Shown piece after piece: positions 1-11,700 of a DNA stretch of 64,000 nucleotides. The DNA lies in assembly GCA_016748015.1 (NCBI GenBank), contig JAAOMT010000439.1, positions 76,389 through 140,388 on the forward strand, in the 5' to 3' direction. The first letter of the stretch is position 1. Every line of letters begins with the position of its first letter. Made by a program: the position numbers and the translations under genes. The notes under the pieces were generated by a model. That model ran no database searches, was not told where the DNA came from, and saw only the letters and a list, made by a program, of their open reading frames with translations. The stretch is from Geosiphon pyriformis uo1 (taxonomy: Eukaryota; Fungi; Glomeromycota).

Positions 1-3000
1 GGAATAATTGATGTAGGATATGTAGAAAATATTATTGCTATGCTATAAAATAACTCTGAAAAGACCTATATTATAGAGCCAAATGAAAAGATAGCACAGG
101 CAATATTCCTGCCTCTGGTAAAAATAGCTCAGTTAGTATCAGTAAAAAATAGAGAGAAATTAGAGATAACAGCAAGAAGAATACAGAGATTTGGATCAAT
201 GGATAGAATAGATGTACCAGTCAATATGGCAGAAAAAGAAATTGTTGACCAAGGAGAAATTATCTCAATGGATCAAACAATTTCCATTTCACTATATGGC
301 CAGTATATAGTAGGGATAGAGCGGAAAATAAAAGAACAGAATCAGATTTTTGAAGCAAAACCAACCCTTTGTGAATCAAGAGAAATTGGACTTATCAATC
401 TCCATATACTAGCCAAAGATTACAGCCACATTAAAATTTTCATCTACAATAACACAAAAAATATCATAGTAATACCAGCCGGAACTACCATTGGATACTT
501 AAGCACTGAAATAGATAATCAACTACCAAGCACTATTCTGGACTTTCTACAGCTTTGTGGATATGTCGATATTACATTACAAACAATATACGGACGAAGT
601 GAATGTTATTTGCTCCAACCAAAGCAATTGGAACAAATGAACATGGGAAACTTAGATTCACTCCAATGTATACAGCTCAAGATGTTGCTCAACAATTTCA
701 ATAACATTTTTGCCAGCAAAAACAAGTTTGGCCAAACTGACATCATCCAGCATCAGATCAAGACTGAAGATGCAATGCCAATTAAACAAAGAGCATACAG
801 AGTACCACCAGCTAGCCATGAAATCATTCATTAAGAAATAAACTGAATGCTTAATAATGGGCTAATTTAATCATCAATAAGCCTATAGTCATCACCAGTG
901 GTACTTGTCTGGAAGAAGAATAGAAAAATCTGATTTTGTGTGGACTACAGGAAACTCAATGGTGTAACTCGTGAAGACAGCTATCCAACCCCAAGAATAC
1001 AAAAATTATTCAATGCTTTTGGCAAAAACAAATGGTTCTCAACATTAGACTTAAACAGTGATTACTGGCAAGTAGCCATGGATCCAGCTAACAAAGAGAA
1101 GACAGCATTCACCACTAGAGAAGGGAATTTTGAATTTGAAGTGATGTCCTTCAGCTTAACCAATGCCTCAGCCACTTTTTAACAGCTAATGAAAATCATT
1201 TATACTGGCTTATTGTGGAAATCAGTAGTTGTATACTTGAACAACACCAATGTATTCTCAAAAACATTTGATGATCATCTTTATCATCTTCAACAAGTGT
1301 TCGAAAGGCTAAAAAGAGCAGAACTAAAGTTAAATGCAACAAAGTGCTTCTTTGGCAAGACAGAACTAAAATTCTTGGAACACATAGTTAACAAAAATGG
1401 CATCAAAACGGATCCAGAGAAAATAGAAATAGTAAAAAACTTTCCAGTACCAACCAATGTGACTGAATTGAAATCATTCTTGGAATTTGCAAGCTATTAT
1501 CGACACTTTATAAAGAACTTTTCAAAGATAGCTCAACCGCTCAATAATCTGCAAACCAAAAATACAAAATATGAATGAACAGAAAGTCAACAAGAAGCTT
1601 TTGATATTCTGAAAAGAAAGCTCATTTAAGCTCCAATACTGATCTACTCAGATTACAACAAACCATTCATCATTACCACCAATGCATTAAGTTAAGCATT
1701 GGGAGCAGTACTATTGCAGAAAGAACCAGATAGAAGAGAATATCTAGTGGCTTATGTAAGCCAAGAGTTAACCCCAGCCGAAAAGAACTATGGAACACCA
1801 GAACTGGAACACTTGGCAATCTACTGGGCAGTCATGAAATGGAGCAAATATTTAAGCCAGAAGTTTGATATGTACATAGATTACAAAGAATTAATGTTAC
1901 TTTAGAAGCAAGAATTTGGAGACAGCCACCAATCTAGATGGAAAATGGCACTCTCACAATATACTTATACTATACACTATAAGAAAGGAAAAGACAACGG
2001 AAATGCTGACAGTTTGTCGTGAATAAGACAAATCTAAGAACATCTCAAACCCAAAAATATAACAAAACCAGAACAATACCAACGAAAAATATAACAAAAG
2101 ATGAACATACAAAAATATTAACAACTTCAACATTATATAAATACTCAATAGTTTAAGGAGAATTTATCTCAAATGAAACAAAAGAGTATCAAACAACAAT
2201 CAAAATATTTTATCACTTACCAAAATATACTTTATTGGAAAAATAAAAGAGATCTAGATCAACCAACCAGAGTAATTACAGAGCCAGAAAAAGAGACAAT
2301 ATTATTCAACATGTATTCAAATCCAACAGCAGGACACTTTTACAAAGAAGCAACCATAAAAAGAACCAGAAAAAAATATTATTGGCCATCAATGTATCCA
2401 GACATTATTCAATATGTTCAAAATTGTGATACTTGTCAGTGAAGAAGAAGAACAAGACCCAGTGAACCATTAAGACCAATCAAAGTAGGACAACCATTTG
2501 ACTGTATTGGAATTGATTTAGTTGGACTATTAACAATTATCAACAGAGGAAACAGATACATAGCAGTAGCCATGGACTATCTCACTAAATGGCCAGAGGT
2601 GAAAGCAATTCAAAAAGTGGATGCAGAATCCATTGCCAAATTTGTTCATCAGAATTTGATTTGTCGACATAAATGTCCAAAAGAATTATTATCAGACCAA
2701 AAAACTCATTTTGTGAACAGAACATTAACAGAATTGAGCCAAAGATTCGGAATTAAGAAACCATTATTATCACCATATTATCCACAAACCAACAGATTAG
2801 TCAAAAGATTCAACAGAACATTGTGTAAAGCAATAGCTAAGCTCAGCCAAGAAAACCAGAATAATTGGGATTTGTTGATACCATCAGTACTATTTGCTTA
2901 TCAAACAATAAAGCAAAATACTACACAAGCAACACTATTTGAATTAGTATATGGTAGAACAGCAACACTACCAGTGGAAATAGAAGTCAGCACATACTCA

Positions 3001-4167
3001 ACCAAACTAATAACAGAAAAGAATTTCAAAAACACATTGTTGACAAGAACATATGACTTAATAGAAACATTAGAAAACAAACAATGAAGAGCAGCTGATA
3101 ACATACAAAGGTTACAAGAGAAACAAAAAGAAAGACATGATAACCAACTACCAGATAAACCAGTTGAATTCAAGATTGGAAACAAAGTACTACTATATTG
3201 TACCAAAGCGGAAAAACAATGGAGTGGAAAATTTGACCCCAAATGGAACAGACCATTTCACATAGAAGAAATTCTAGGAAATGGAGCTTACAAATTAAGA
3301 TTGAATAACAAAATCTTGACCAAAGCAGCACATGGAGATTGATTGAAACCATACCACTATATAATATCATTATTTACCAGTAATATTTCACAACTAGGAG
3401 TACAGAGAATACTAGTCCAACCAGATGAGATTCCACAAAATCTGGAACCAATCATCATCATTAATAACAACACATCTAATTGATTGACAGAAAGAATATA
3501 TAAAGGCATGGTCAACACGACAGAAAAATGCAGAAAAATAGAAATTACTGACAATATCTATTCATTAGCACAACAAATCTTTCAATTAATCCAACACCAG
3601 GAGATAGAAATTACAATCAATTAACAAACCATTCAATATAAAAGTACTGTAAGGATACCACAACACAAAGTACAGAGAAAACTTGAAAATATTGTTAACA
3701 AGATTATGACCAAGGTAAAATTGGCCATAAAAAAACAACAAATAGTCAGATTACACCAAGAACTTACTAGAGAAACTTGGACTTGGTGGATGCAACAATT
3801 TCCAAAAAACTATTGTTATTTTCACTTGGGACAACACATAAATATCCAGAATTTGTACACCGACAAAACAAAACAATTATTCAACACAACAATACTAAGA
3901 CAACTGGAACAATTTATGGGAAAGAACAATCTAACCACACAAGCTCAAGCCATTTACCAGCTATATATGAGATTTCAAAACCAACCAGAAATCTTACTCA
4001 ACACAGCAATGGATACAGTTACGAGTAATTAATTGGGGAAAATGACCAATGCCCAATTTGAAAAATTACAAACTCAAATAACACAAGTAATACTTGAAAA
4101 AAAAGTTCAAGAAATAATTCAAGAGGGGGAACTAAAAGAGTTAAATTTCAACGGAGCTCAATATTAA
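1..4167 (+). pseudogene. Gypsy pol polyprotein remnant including ~270-aa post-integrase extension
   Basis: ORF-track fragments at 199, 940, 1189, 1699, 2173, 2572 and 3706 are all in the same frame. The interrupting stops are mostly CAA>TAA, CGA>TGA or TGG>TAG/TGA. Terminal TAA at 4165-4167 lies just before the PPT. Confidence 0.9.
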
Positions 4168-4180
4168 AAGAAGGGAATAA

Positions 4181-5059
4181 TGTTACTCATAGAATAGAGG
4201 AAGTATATTATTATTAGCAAGTAGAGATTAGCCAATCAGAAGTAAATGTAGTAAATGTGGAATTTCAGGATTCCTCTCAGAGGAATTGCAGGATTTCAAG
4301 AGTTTCAGGATTCTCCAGTGAAGAATTGCAAGATTCCAGAATTGCAGGATTCCTTTCATTAGGAATTGCAGGATTTCAGAAATTCCAGGATTCCTGTTGC
4401 AAGGAATTGAAGAATTGAGGAATCTCAAAGATGTATATATAGTAGTAGCATTAAAAGCAGAAAAGACAGAATTGACACCAAGAATCTTTAACTTAGTTAC
4501 CACAATTTTCAAATAAATAATTATTCATTATCTCAAATCTATTCTTTACTATCAACATGAAGTGTTGATAGTAACTGATACTTAACCATACTGAAACAAT
4601 AGCTCTTGATCATGGCTATTGACGGGATACTAACTTGTAAACCATCTTGGCTTATTTCTTATTTTCTCTTTATCTTTTCTTTATTTCTTTGTTGTCTATT
4701 AACTTGATTAAAGAACTTACTCTTGGAGGACTTACAGAGGAATAAACTTGCTTAAACAATACTTATTTTTGGAGGACTTATGGAGGAACTGATATCAGGA
4801 AACAGCACTAGTATACACTTATGGAGGATATCGTACCAGAAGAATCATCAACCATCAAGCTGAGCAAGCAATCGACAAAACTATGGTTTCAGGAAACTAC
4901 TGATAAACTGTTACCATTGAATCTCTGTCCATTATACAAAGAACTCAATTGGAAAACCTTCAGATAAAATACCTTCAGATTATCATTGTTACTAATTGCT
5001 TTGCATACCAAGTTATGGGTTGGTTATTCACTCAACACTCCAAAAAATCATTTGTAAAA
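4181..5059 (+). repeat. 3' LTR of Gypsy copy 1
   Basis: Starts TGTTAC after purine tract AAAAGAAGGGAATAA. Ends ...AATCATTTGTAAAA, which matches AATCATCTGTAACA of the copy-2 LTRs. TATA-like TATATATAG near 4434 and AATAAA near 4512. Confidence 0.85.
4258..4425 (+). repeat. Short imperfect tandem repeats (GAATTGCAGGATT-like) in LTR U3
   Basis: Repeated gaattgcaggatt / atttcaggatt / attccaggatt units are visible directly in the sequence. Confidence 0.8.
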
Positions 5060-6965
5060 CCAGGTTTTGTGTTGACATCCTTGGCATTCTTTGCTGGTTC
5101 CAGTTCATGTTGGTATCAGGCCTTCAAATAACTTTTTGGCTGGAGTGGTTAAAATTTTTTCTGGGTGTGATTTATTTTTGGGTAACTCTCAGGCCTATGC
5201 TTTTTGTTTTTGGAGTGGTACTCCTATATCTGTGGTTTTTAGTGAACCATGTTTTCTCAAGTGTATCTTGTCTCTTAAATGTTATAGAATCATTTTTGTG
5301 GAGCAACTGCATGACTAACACAGTAGTATTTTTAATTGGAAGACATTTAAGCATTGGAAGAGATTGGACCTCTGAGGCCCAATACCCTTCTGGTTTGATC
5401 TCTCTGTCTGTTTTCTTAGTAGTGCTGTTCCCATCTCTGAGTGCTCTTTGCTTGTGAATGATAGTGTTGTATCTGATGTTCATTGGTCTTATGGCTATGA
5501 CATCATTTGTAATAATCTGTTGACTGTTGATATGGCTCATCTTTCTGTGTATACAGATGGGTCTCTGTGTAGTTTGAGAACTGCCAACATGAAGGCTGGT
5601 GCTGCTGTTTTTTTTGAAAACATTAATTCGGGTCTGGGTGTGAGGGTGTCTGGTCTGGTTTCTTCTACTCTGACAGAACTACAGGCCATTGCTTTGGCTC
5701 TTGAGTGTATTCTCTCTTTTTGATCTGTTGACTTATTTTCTGACAGCTAGGCTGTGTTGGATGTGGCAAGTCAGAATCACTTTTGGTCCATCCAGATTTT
5801 AGGAATCAGTATTGGATTGAGCATTGCCATATTACTAATATTATTTGTTACAAGAATTTATATGTTAATTGGATTAAAGTTTGGGGGCATTTCGACATTT
5901 CGGGCAATGAGTGTACTGATGTGCTTACTAAGGATGCTGTTCTGTCTACTTGGCATCTGCCCCATTTGGTTAATGAATGGTTTCTCAAAGCTGGTGGTGC
6001 TGTAGTTTTGGGTAATTCTAGACATTTTGTTCACAACATTTTCCAGTCTATTCATTGTGCACATTGGGAGATTGGATCTGGTTCACAGATCATGTTAGAT
6101 AGTTTGTATACTGATGTCAACTGGTCTATGTCCTCTATGGTATGGCACACGAATTCTCACCTGGCTGTTGGTTTCACTAGTAAGTGTACTGCTGGTTTTT
6201 GTACATATTTTATGAAGGCTCTTCATTGTCGGCTTCCAGTTGCTGTGTGCAAATGTTTGTATAATAAGTGTTATCCAAGTGTGGTCTGTCTATTCTGTGG
6301 CAAAGTTGAGGTTTCTGACCATGTCTTTTGCTGTCTATTTGATGATGCTGGCTGTGTTCAATTGCTAAACACTCATGTATTAATATGAAAGGCTTATTTT
6401 GGTTTGTTTCAGTCTTCCTTACACATTTTACAGATGTTGTCTACCTGTGTTTCTAATGTTACTGTTGATATGGCTCTGTGCAAGGGCTTTGTTTTCAATA
6501 ATTGGTTCCATAAGTTTGTTTCAGTTGTTAAAGATTTTAAGATTGCAGCTTTGGAGGTAGTGGACTTTGTTCATACATTTTGTCTCAAATTCCAGAAAGA
6601 TATTTGGTTGGTCTATGCCAAACACTGGGCTTTTATGGATAAGAATGGGTTGATTTCACATAATGGTTCCATTTCTGTTTTGATTTCTGGTTTGTCTATG
6701 TTATTTTTGGCTGGAATGATTAAGTTGCTGGATATTGCTAAAGCATTTGGTGTTGGTTTCGGTTTTTATAAACGTTGTTTGTTTTTTTCAGACATTAGGG
6801 ACTTAGTTTTTGTTCATATAGGTGCATAGTGTTGTTCTGATTAGTTTGAGTGACTGGTTACATGTAGAAAATGCATGATTCATTCTTAGTTTAGATCATT
6901 TGTATAATGTATAGTATTAGGTTATATTTGGATCTCACTCATTAAATTTAAATAAAAAAAAAACA
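5060..6965 (+). mobile_element. LINE 3' portion (RT-RNase H linker, RNase H, CCHC knuckle, 3' UTR, A-rich tail); degenerate; host of Gypsy copy 1
   Basis: PSNNFLAGVVK, YTDGS...TELQAIALALEC, WIKVWGH...GNECTD and CLFCGKVEVSDHVFCC are homologous to ORF2 at 8744-13429. Ends CTCACTCATTAAA followed by an A-run. Confidence 0.9.
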
Positions 6966-8601
6966 AAAACAAAAATAATAATAGATATTATAAAAGATTT
7001 AACAATTTTTAAAAAAATAAAAAATAAAAAATTAATAAATTAAACTTAAATAATAGTATTATTAAAAGTTTTAATTGTTTTTTAAAATAATATTAATATT
7101 AAATTATTTTTAATTTTATTGTTAATGAAAGTTATTAAACTTTTAATAAGCTAATTTATTTTCAAAATATTTTTTTATACTTTAAACTATTTGTATTATT
7201 GGTTTTTTATAAGCCAAAAAAATATTAATTTTATATTAAATTAATTTTTTGTTATATTTTTTTTTAATATTCTAAATTTTTTTCTTTTTTTTACATATAT
7301 ATTTTTTTTATTATAAGTAATTAATTTTAATTATGCTATTTTTTTATTATATTATAAAAAAATTATCTTATTATAATATTATTTAAATAAAAATTATATA
7401 AAAAATATATTATTAAAAACATATTAATTAAATATTTAAATAATATTATTTTTAATTTATATTTACTATTTTATAACTTTTTAATGATTTTTTATTTTTA
7501 TTTTTAAATTTATAAAAATCATTTTTTTTAATAATCAATTAAAAAAAATTTGATTTACTTTAATATAATAAATTTAGTTTATTATTAATTTAATTTAATT
7601 TTTATGTTTTAAATAAATCCAATTTTTTTTTAAAAACATAATACTAAATTAATTTTTATTTAAAAATAAATATTAATAACATTATAATTTTTTTGTTTTA
7701 TAACTTTTTTTTGTTTTAATTTTTTTGTATATTATAAAATAAATTTATATAATTATGTTTATTTTATAATTAAAATATTTTTAATATATATTATAACAAA
7801 AAAATTTTAAATCTGTAATTTTATTTAATAATACTAATTTGCTTTTATTGTTATTATTTAAAATAAATAACTTTTTTTATCTATAGTCATAATAAAATTG
7901 AAAAAAAACAAAAAAATCAAAGTTTTATTTTTTATAAAAAAAACTGGCTTTAAAACACTAAAACTAATACAAAAAATAAATTTTTTAATATTTAAAAAAA
8001 GTTGTTATTAAATATAATAAAGATTTAAAAAAATTATTTTTTGGCTAATTAGTTTTTTTGATTATTTAAACAATAGTAAAAAAAAAAATAACTTGATTAT
8101 TAATTTTAAAAAAGACAAAAATTAAATTAAAATTGTTAAGTAGTTTTAATAACTATATTTTTTAATAAAAATATTATTAAGTATTTTAAAAATAAAAAAA
8201 TAAATTTTTTTTTGTTTTAATTATAATCATAATAATACAAAAAAAAAGAATTTTTTTATTTTAAATATTTATAAAAATATTGTAAAAACCAATAACAATA
8301 ATAATAACAATAATAATAACAATAATAATAACAATAATAATAACAATAAAAACCAAAAATAAATATTAAAAATTTTGTAATTTTAAAAATAATAAAAAAT
8401 TTAATAAGTTTAACTTTAATAATAATATTTAAAAAAACTTTAATTACAAACTTTATATAAAAATTATATTAATATTAATAAAATTATAAAAAAACCAAAA
8501 TAAAGTTTTAATGTATTCATTTTAATTCTAATAAAAACATTAAATATCAAATACTAAAATAAAATTACTTATTTAAAAAACTTTTAATAATTGGTAATTA
8601 T
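6966..8601. other. Near-pure AT low-complexity tract (probably a fully hypermutated repeat relic); includes (AATAATAAC)n at about 8291-8350
   Basis: G/C is very rare, there are essentially no CpG, and there is no ORF. Confidence 0.7.
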
Positions 8602-8619
8602 TTTTTATTTTATTTATTT
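8602..8619 (+). repeat. Left copy of 18-bp target-site duplication (right copy 15513-15530)
   Basis: Exact direct repeat abutting both LINE ends. It is low complexity, so a chance match is possible. Confidence 0.6.
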
Positions 8620-8743
8620 AATGCATTTAATGAGTATAGCCCAATCGCTATCTAGTACATAGAACCAAACTAAGAGACTCAAACTAAATGCGACTCATGC
8701 ACTTTCTACATGTGGCTAGCCACTCAGGCCAGACAAGGCAACA

Positions 8744-11700
8744 CTACACATCTATAATTACCCGCACACTGCCACCCAGACCAGAAAAGAAACAAAAAGG
8801 CTTTCGACGACCAAAGCTAACAGCAAAGGAATTGGCCAAACCAAGCAATCTTACAATACCGTCAGACAAAACTGAAGACACACCACAAGGGAGCCCAGAA
8901 ACAACACTAACATCACAGACCAAACCAGCCTTCTCCATCACCACCTGGTGGCTGGCTCTAGCCAACTATACCTTAGCACGATGTAAACCAACAACGAACC
9001 TGACATAATCAACAATCCTAGCAGTGGCCACCTTTCTATCCTCAAAAACATCGCAAGCCTCCTCATACCACTCCTCCAGCACAAACCCTTTGCACACCAA
9101 AGTGTACAGCCCAACATCAATGGAACATTGAGACAAAACCCACAACACAGCAGAAGCAGAGGAACCACCAGACAAAGCTGACCAATGAGCAAAAGCCTCT
9201 GCCAAAATCTCACCATGAATGCCAGACTCATGAACACAAGTAAAAACGTGGTCAGAGAACTCCACCTCACCGCAAAGCAAACACAACACACTAGGGTAGC
9301 ATTTATTATACAACCTCTTCTTAATGGCCACTGGCAACCTCCTGTGCACAGCCTTCATAACATAAGTGCGAAGCGATGAGGATGTGCGGCTAGTGAAACC
9401 AGCAAGCATATGAAAATCAGGATGCCACACCTTTGCCATGACAACCCAGTCTATGCAACCAATCATCGCATCCGGAACTACATCACAACCAGGCCCAGCT
9501 TCCCAATGAGCACAACGAATTGATCGAAAAATATTTCTGACAAAATGACGGGCATTACCAGAAACAGCGACACCCTCAGCAACCAAAAAATGTTCACGCA
9601 CATTGGCACAAAGAGAAAAGGGAGACCCAGAGGCAGCCCCAGCAGCCAAGTCAGCTCTCACATTACCAGGAATCCCAGAGTGTCTTTTTACCTTAACCCA
9701 ACTCACACTAAGATCCTTATCCCTGACCAAATTGAAAATATGACGCCTTTCCAGCCAGCATTGATTACGAAAATCAGGAACAACCAAAGACATCTCAGAC
9801 ACACATGCGTCAATGGCAGCCTGGCTGTCAAGACGCAACACCACAGTACTTGAAGAAGGAACACACTCCAAAGCCAAAGCAACAGCCTGTAACTCGGCCA
9901 TAGTAGATGACAAAAGACCACGAACAGTGACACCAATACTCATATCCAAGACCGGAAAGTATGCAGCAGCACCACAGGTGACCTCAGCAGAGCCTGTATT
10001 TCTCAAAGACCCATCCGTGAAAACTTCAAAAGAGTCTGACCAAATGTCATGCAATCCATCTTTAACCACAGAAAATTCTCCAGACCCCAAAATGTCCAAA
10101 CCAAGCTTCTCTGCTGAGCCAACAGAACCAGAAAATGAGTAACCCTGACCTTTCAAAAACTCAGAAAAAACCATGAACCAGTGAGGCACAGGGCCACGCG
10201 GATCCAACCTCTTCCAATGACGAAAAGTTTTCCAATCCAACAAAACACCTTTCTTATCAAAAAGCTGATCACCAAAAGCGACACCAAAACACTTAAGAGA
10301 TTTGACCGAATCAAAATACAGAGACTTTCCAAGAACAGAGGACAACGGGAACCGACCAGGACTACGAAATGCAGCGGGGAGGTTGTTCACCAAAGTAAGC
10401 TCATTGCCCAAAAAGATCTTCACCATCCCAGCCAAAAAATTGTTCACTGGACTAACACACAACCTGACTAGAAACTGCAAAGGATCCAAAAGAGCCCAAC
10501 CAAGAACCTGTAGGTCCAAAAATCTATGTCTAAACAAACGCCCAAGAATGCCAAAAGCATTAGAGAACACCATCAAAGCAGCAATCTTCCCTTCAGACTG
10601 CATCTGCTCAAAAGGCTTTAGGCCATACAATGAGGGATGATGCAAAGCAGCGTCAGGAAAATCACGGGGGAGACAAGCTTTGGACCTAAGACTCTTTCTA
10701 ACCAAGATATCCCACTTGCAACAAACATTAGATGAGACAAAACTGAACTGAATACGATAGCTAACAATAGACTGCAAAACAGCTGACACCAGATACGAGA
10801 ATTGTTTGTCCATAATAGTCTTCCTAAGCACAACATTGATGAAGAAACGTACATCTGCATGAGCCTTGGCAACACTCGGCTTGGAGAGCCCTTCAGTCGA
10901 CAGAAAAATACCCAGATACCAATGTGCTTCCCCTTTCTTGGCAATAAAGATTGGCTGACCACAAATGTTCAGTGAAGCAACTTTAACGCCCTGATTGATG
11001 GGAATAGCCACCATCTTCTCATTATTGATAGAAATGTCATTGATCACAAAAAATTCACTGGCAATGTTCAGAGCATATTGAGTAGAAGCCTGACAATTTC
11101 CAACCCAGATCGTATCATCGACAAACGCACCAGCCGAAAAATACGATGTCAAACCACTACTGCCCTCAATCCTGCCAGATTTCAAAACAAATTTAGTATC
11201 AATCCGGTACCTACACAATTGTTTGTGCCTTTTAATCTCACACAAAAGCAGATCGTAAAAAATCCTCCAAAGAAGTGGTGAAAAGACCTCACCCTGGTCC
11301 AGCCCATCATGCACCTTATAACCACCAGACAAACCAAAGTCAGTCATCACCCTATTAACTCTATCCTCATGAATACCACCAAAAAACCTTATGAACCCCT
11401 CACACATCTTAACACGCTGCAAACTAGCTCTTAAATGATGCCACCCAACTGAATCGTAAGCTTTCCGCATATCTTGCAAGACCAACCATAACTCCCTATC
11501 CTTCTCAATGGCATCCTCAATTACTGAACCGACAGCAAACACCGGAGATTGTGTTGACGTACCCTTCAGCACCGAAAAGTTGTCACCCTAAAGAACATTG
11601 AACTTGCTACAAGCCATTGAAATACGGTCAGACAGAATCTTGGAAAGAATTTTCCTGGCAGTCTCAATCAAAGCAATGGGCCGAGTGTTCGTAAGAACTC

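Larger units (their letters stand above)
1..5059 (+). mobile_element. Ty3/Gypsy LTR retrotransposon copy 1 (3' part: dUTPase end, RT, RNase H, integrase, C-terminal extension, PPT, 3' LTR); degenerate
   Basis: One reading frame with scattered stops. dUTPase end (GIIDVGY...IAQAIFLPL...QRFGS), RT (DYRKLN, LDLNSDYWQ, YLNNT for YxDD), RNase H (KNYGTPELEHLA), integrase HHCC (GHF...CDTCQ) and rve core (MDYLTKWPE). Domain order RT-RH-IN is Gypsy-type. Confidence 0.95.

Noticed and set aside
4258-4425. Regularly recurring short repeats resembling a CRISPR array
   Set aside because: Units are about 10-13 bp, imperfect, lack unique spacers, and lie inside a eukaryotic LTR with no cas genes.
8690-8730. 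Hammerhead ribozyme in the LINE 3' UTR (CTGA...GAAA)
   Set aside because: The core reads CUGAGUG rather than CUGANGA, and the three required stems cannot be formed.
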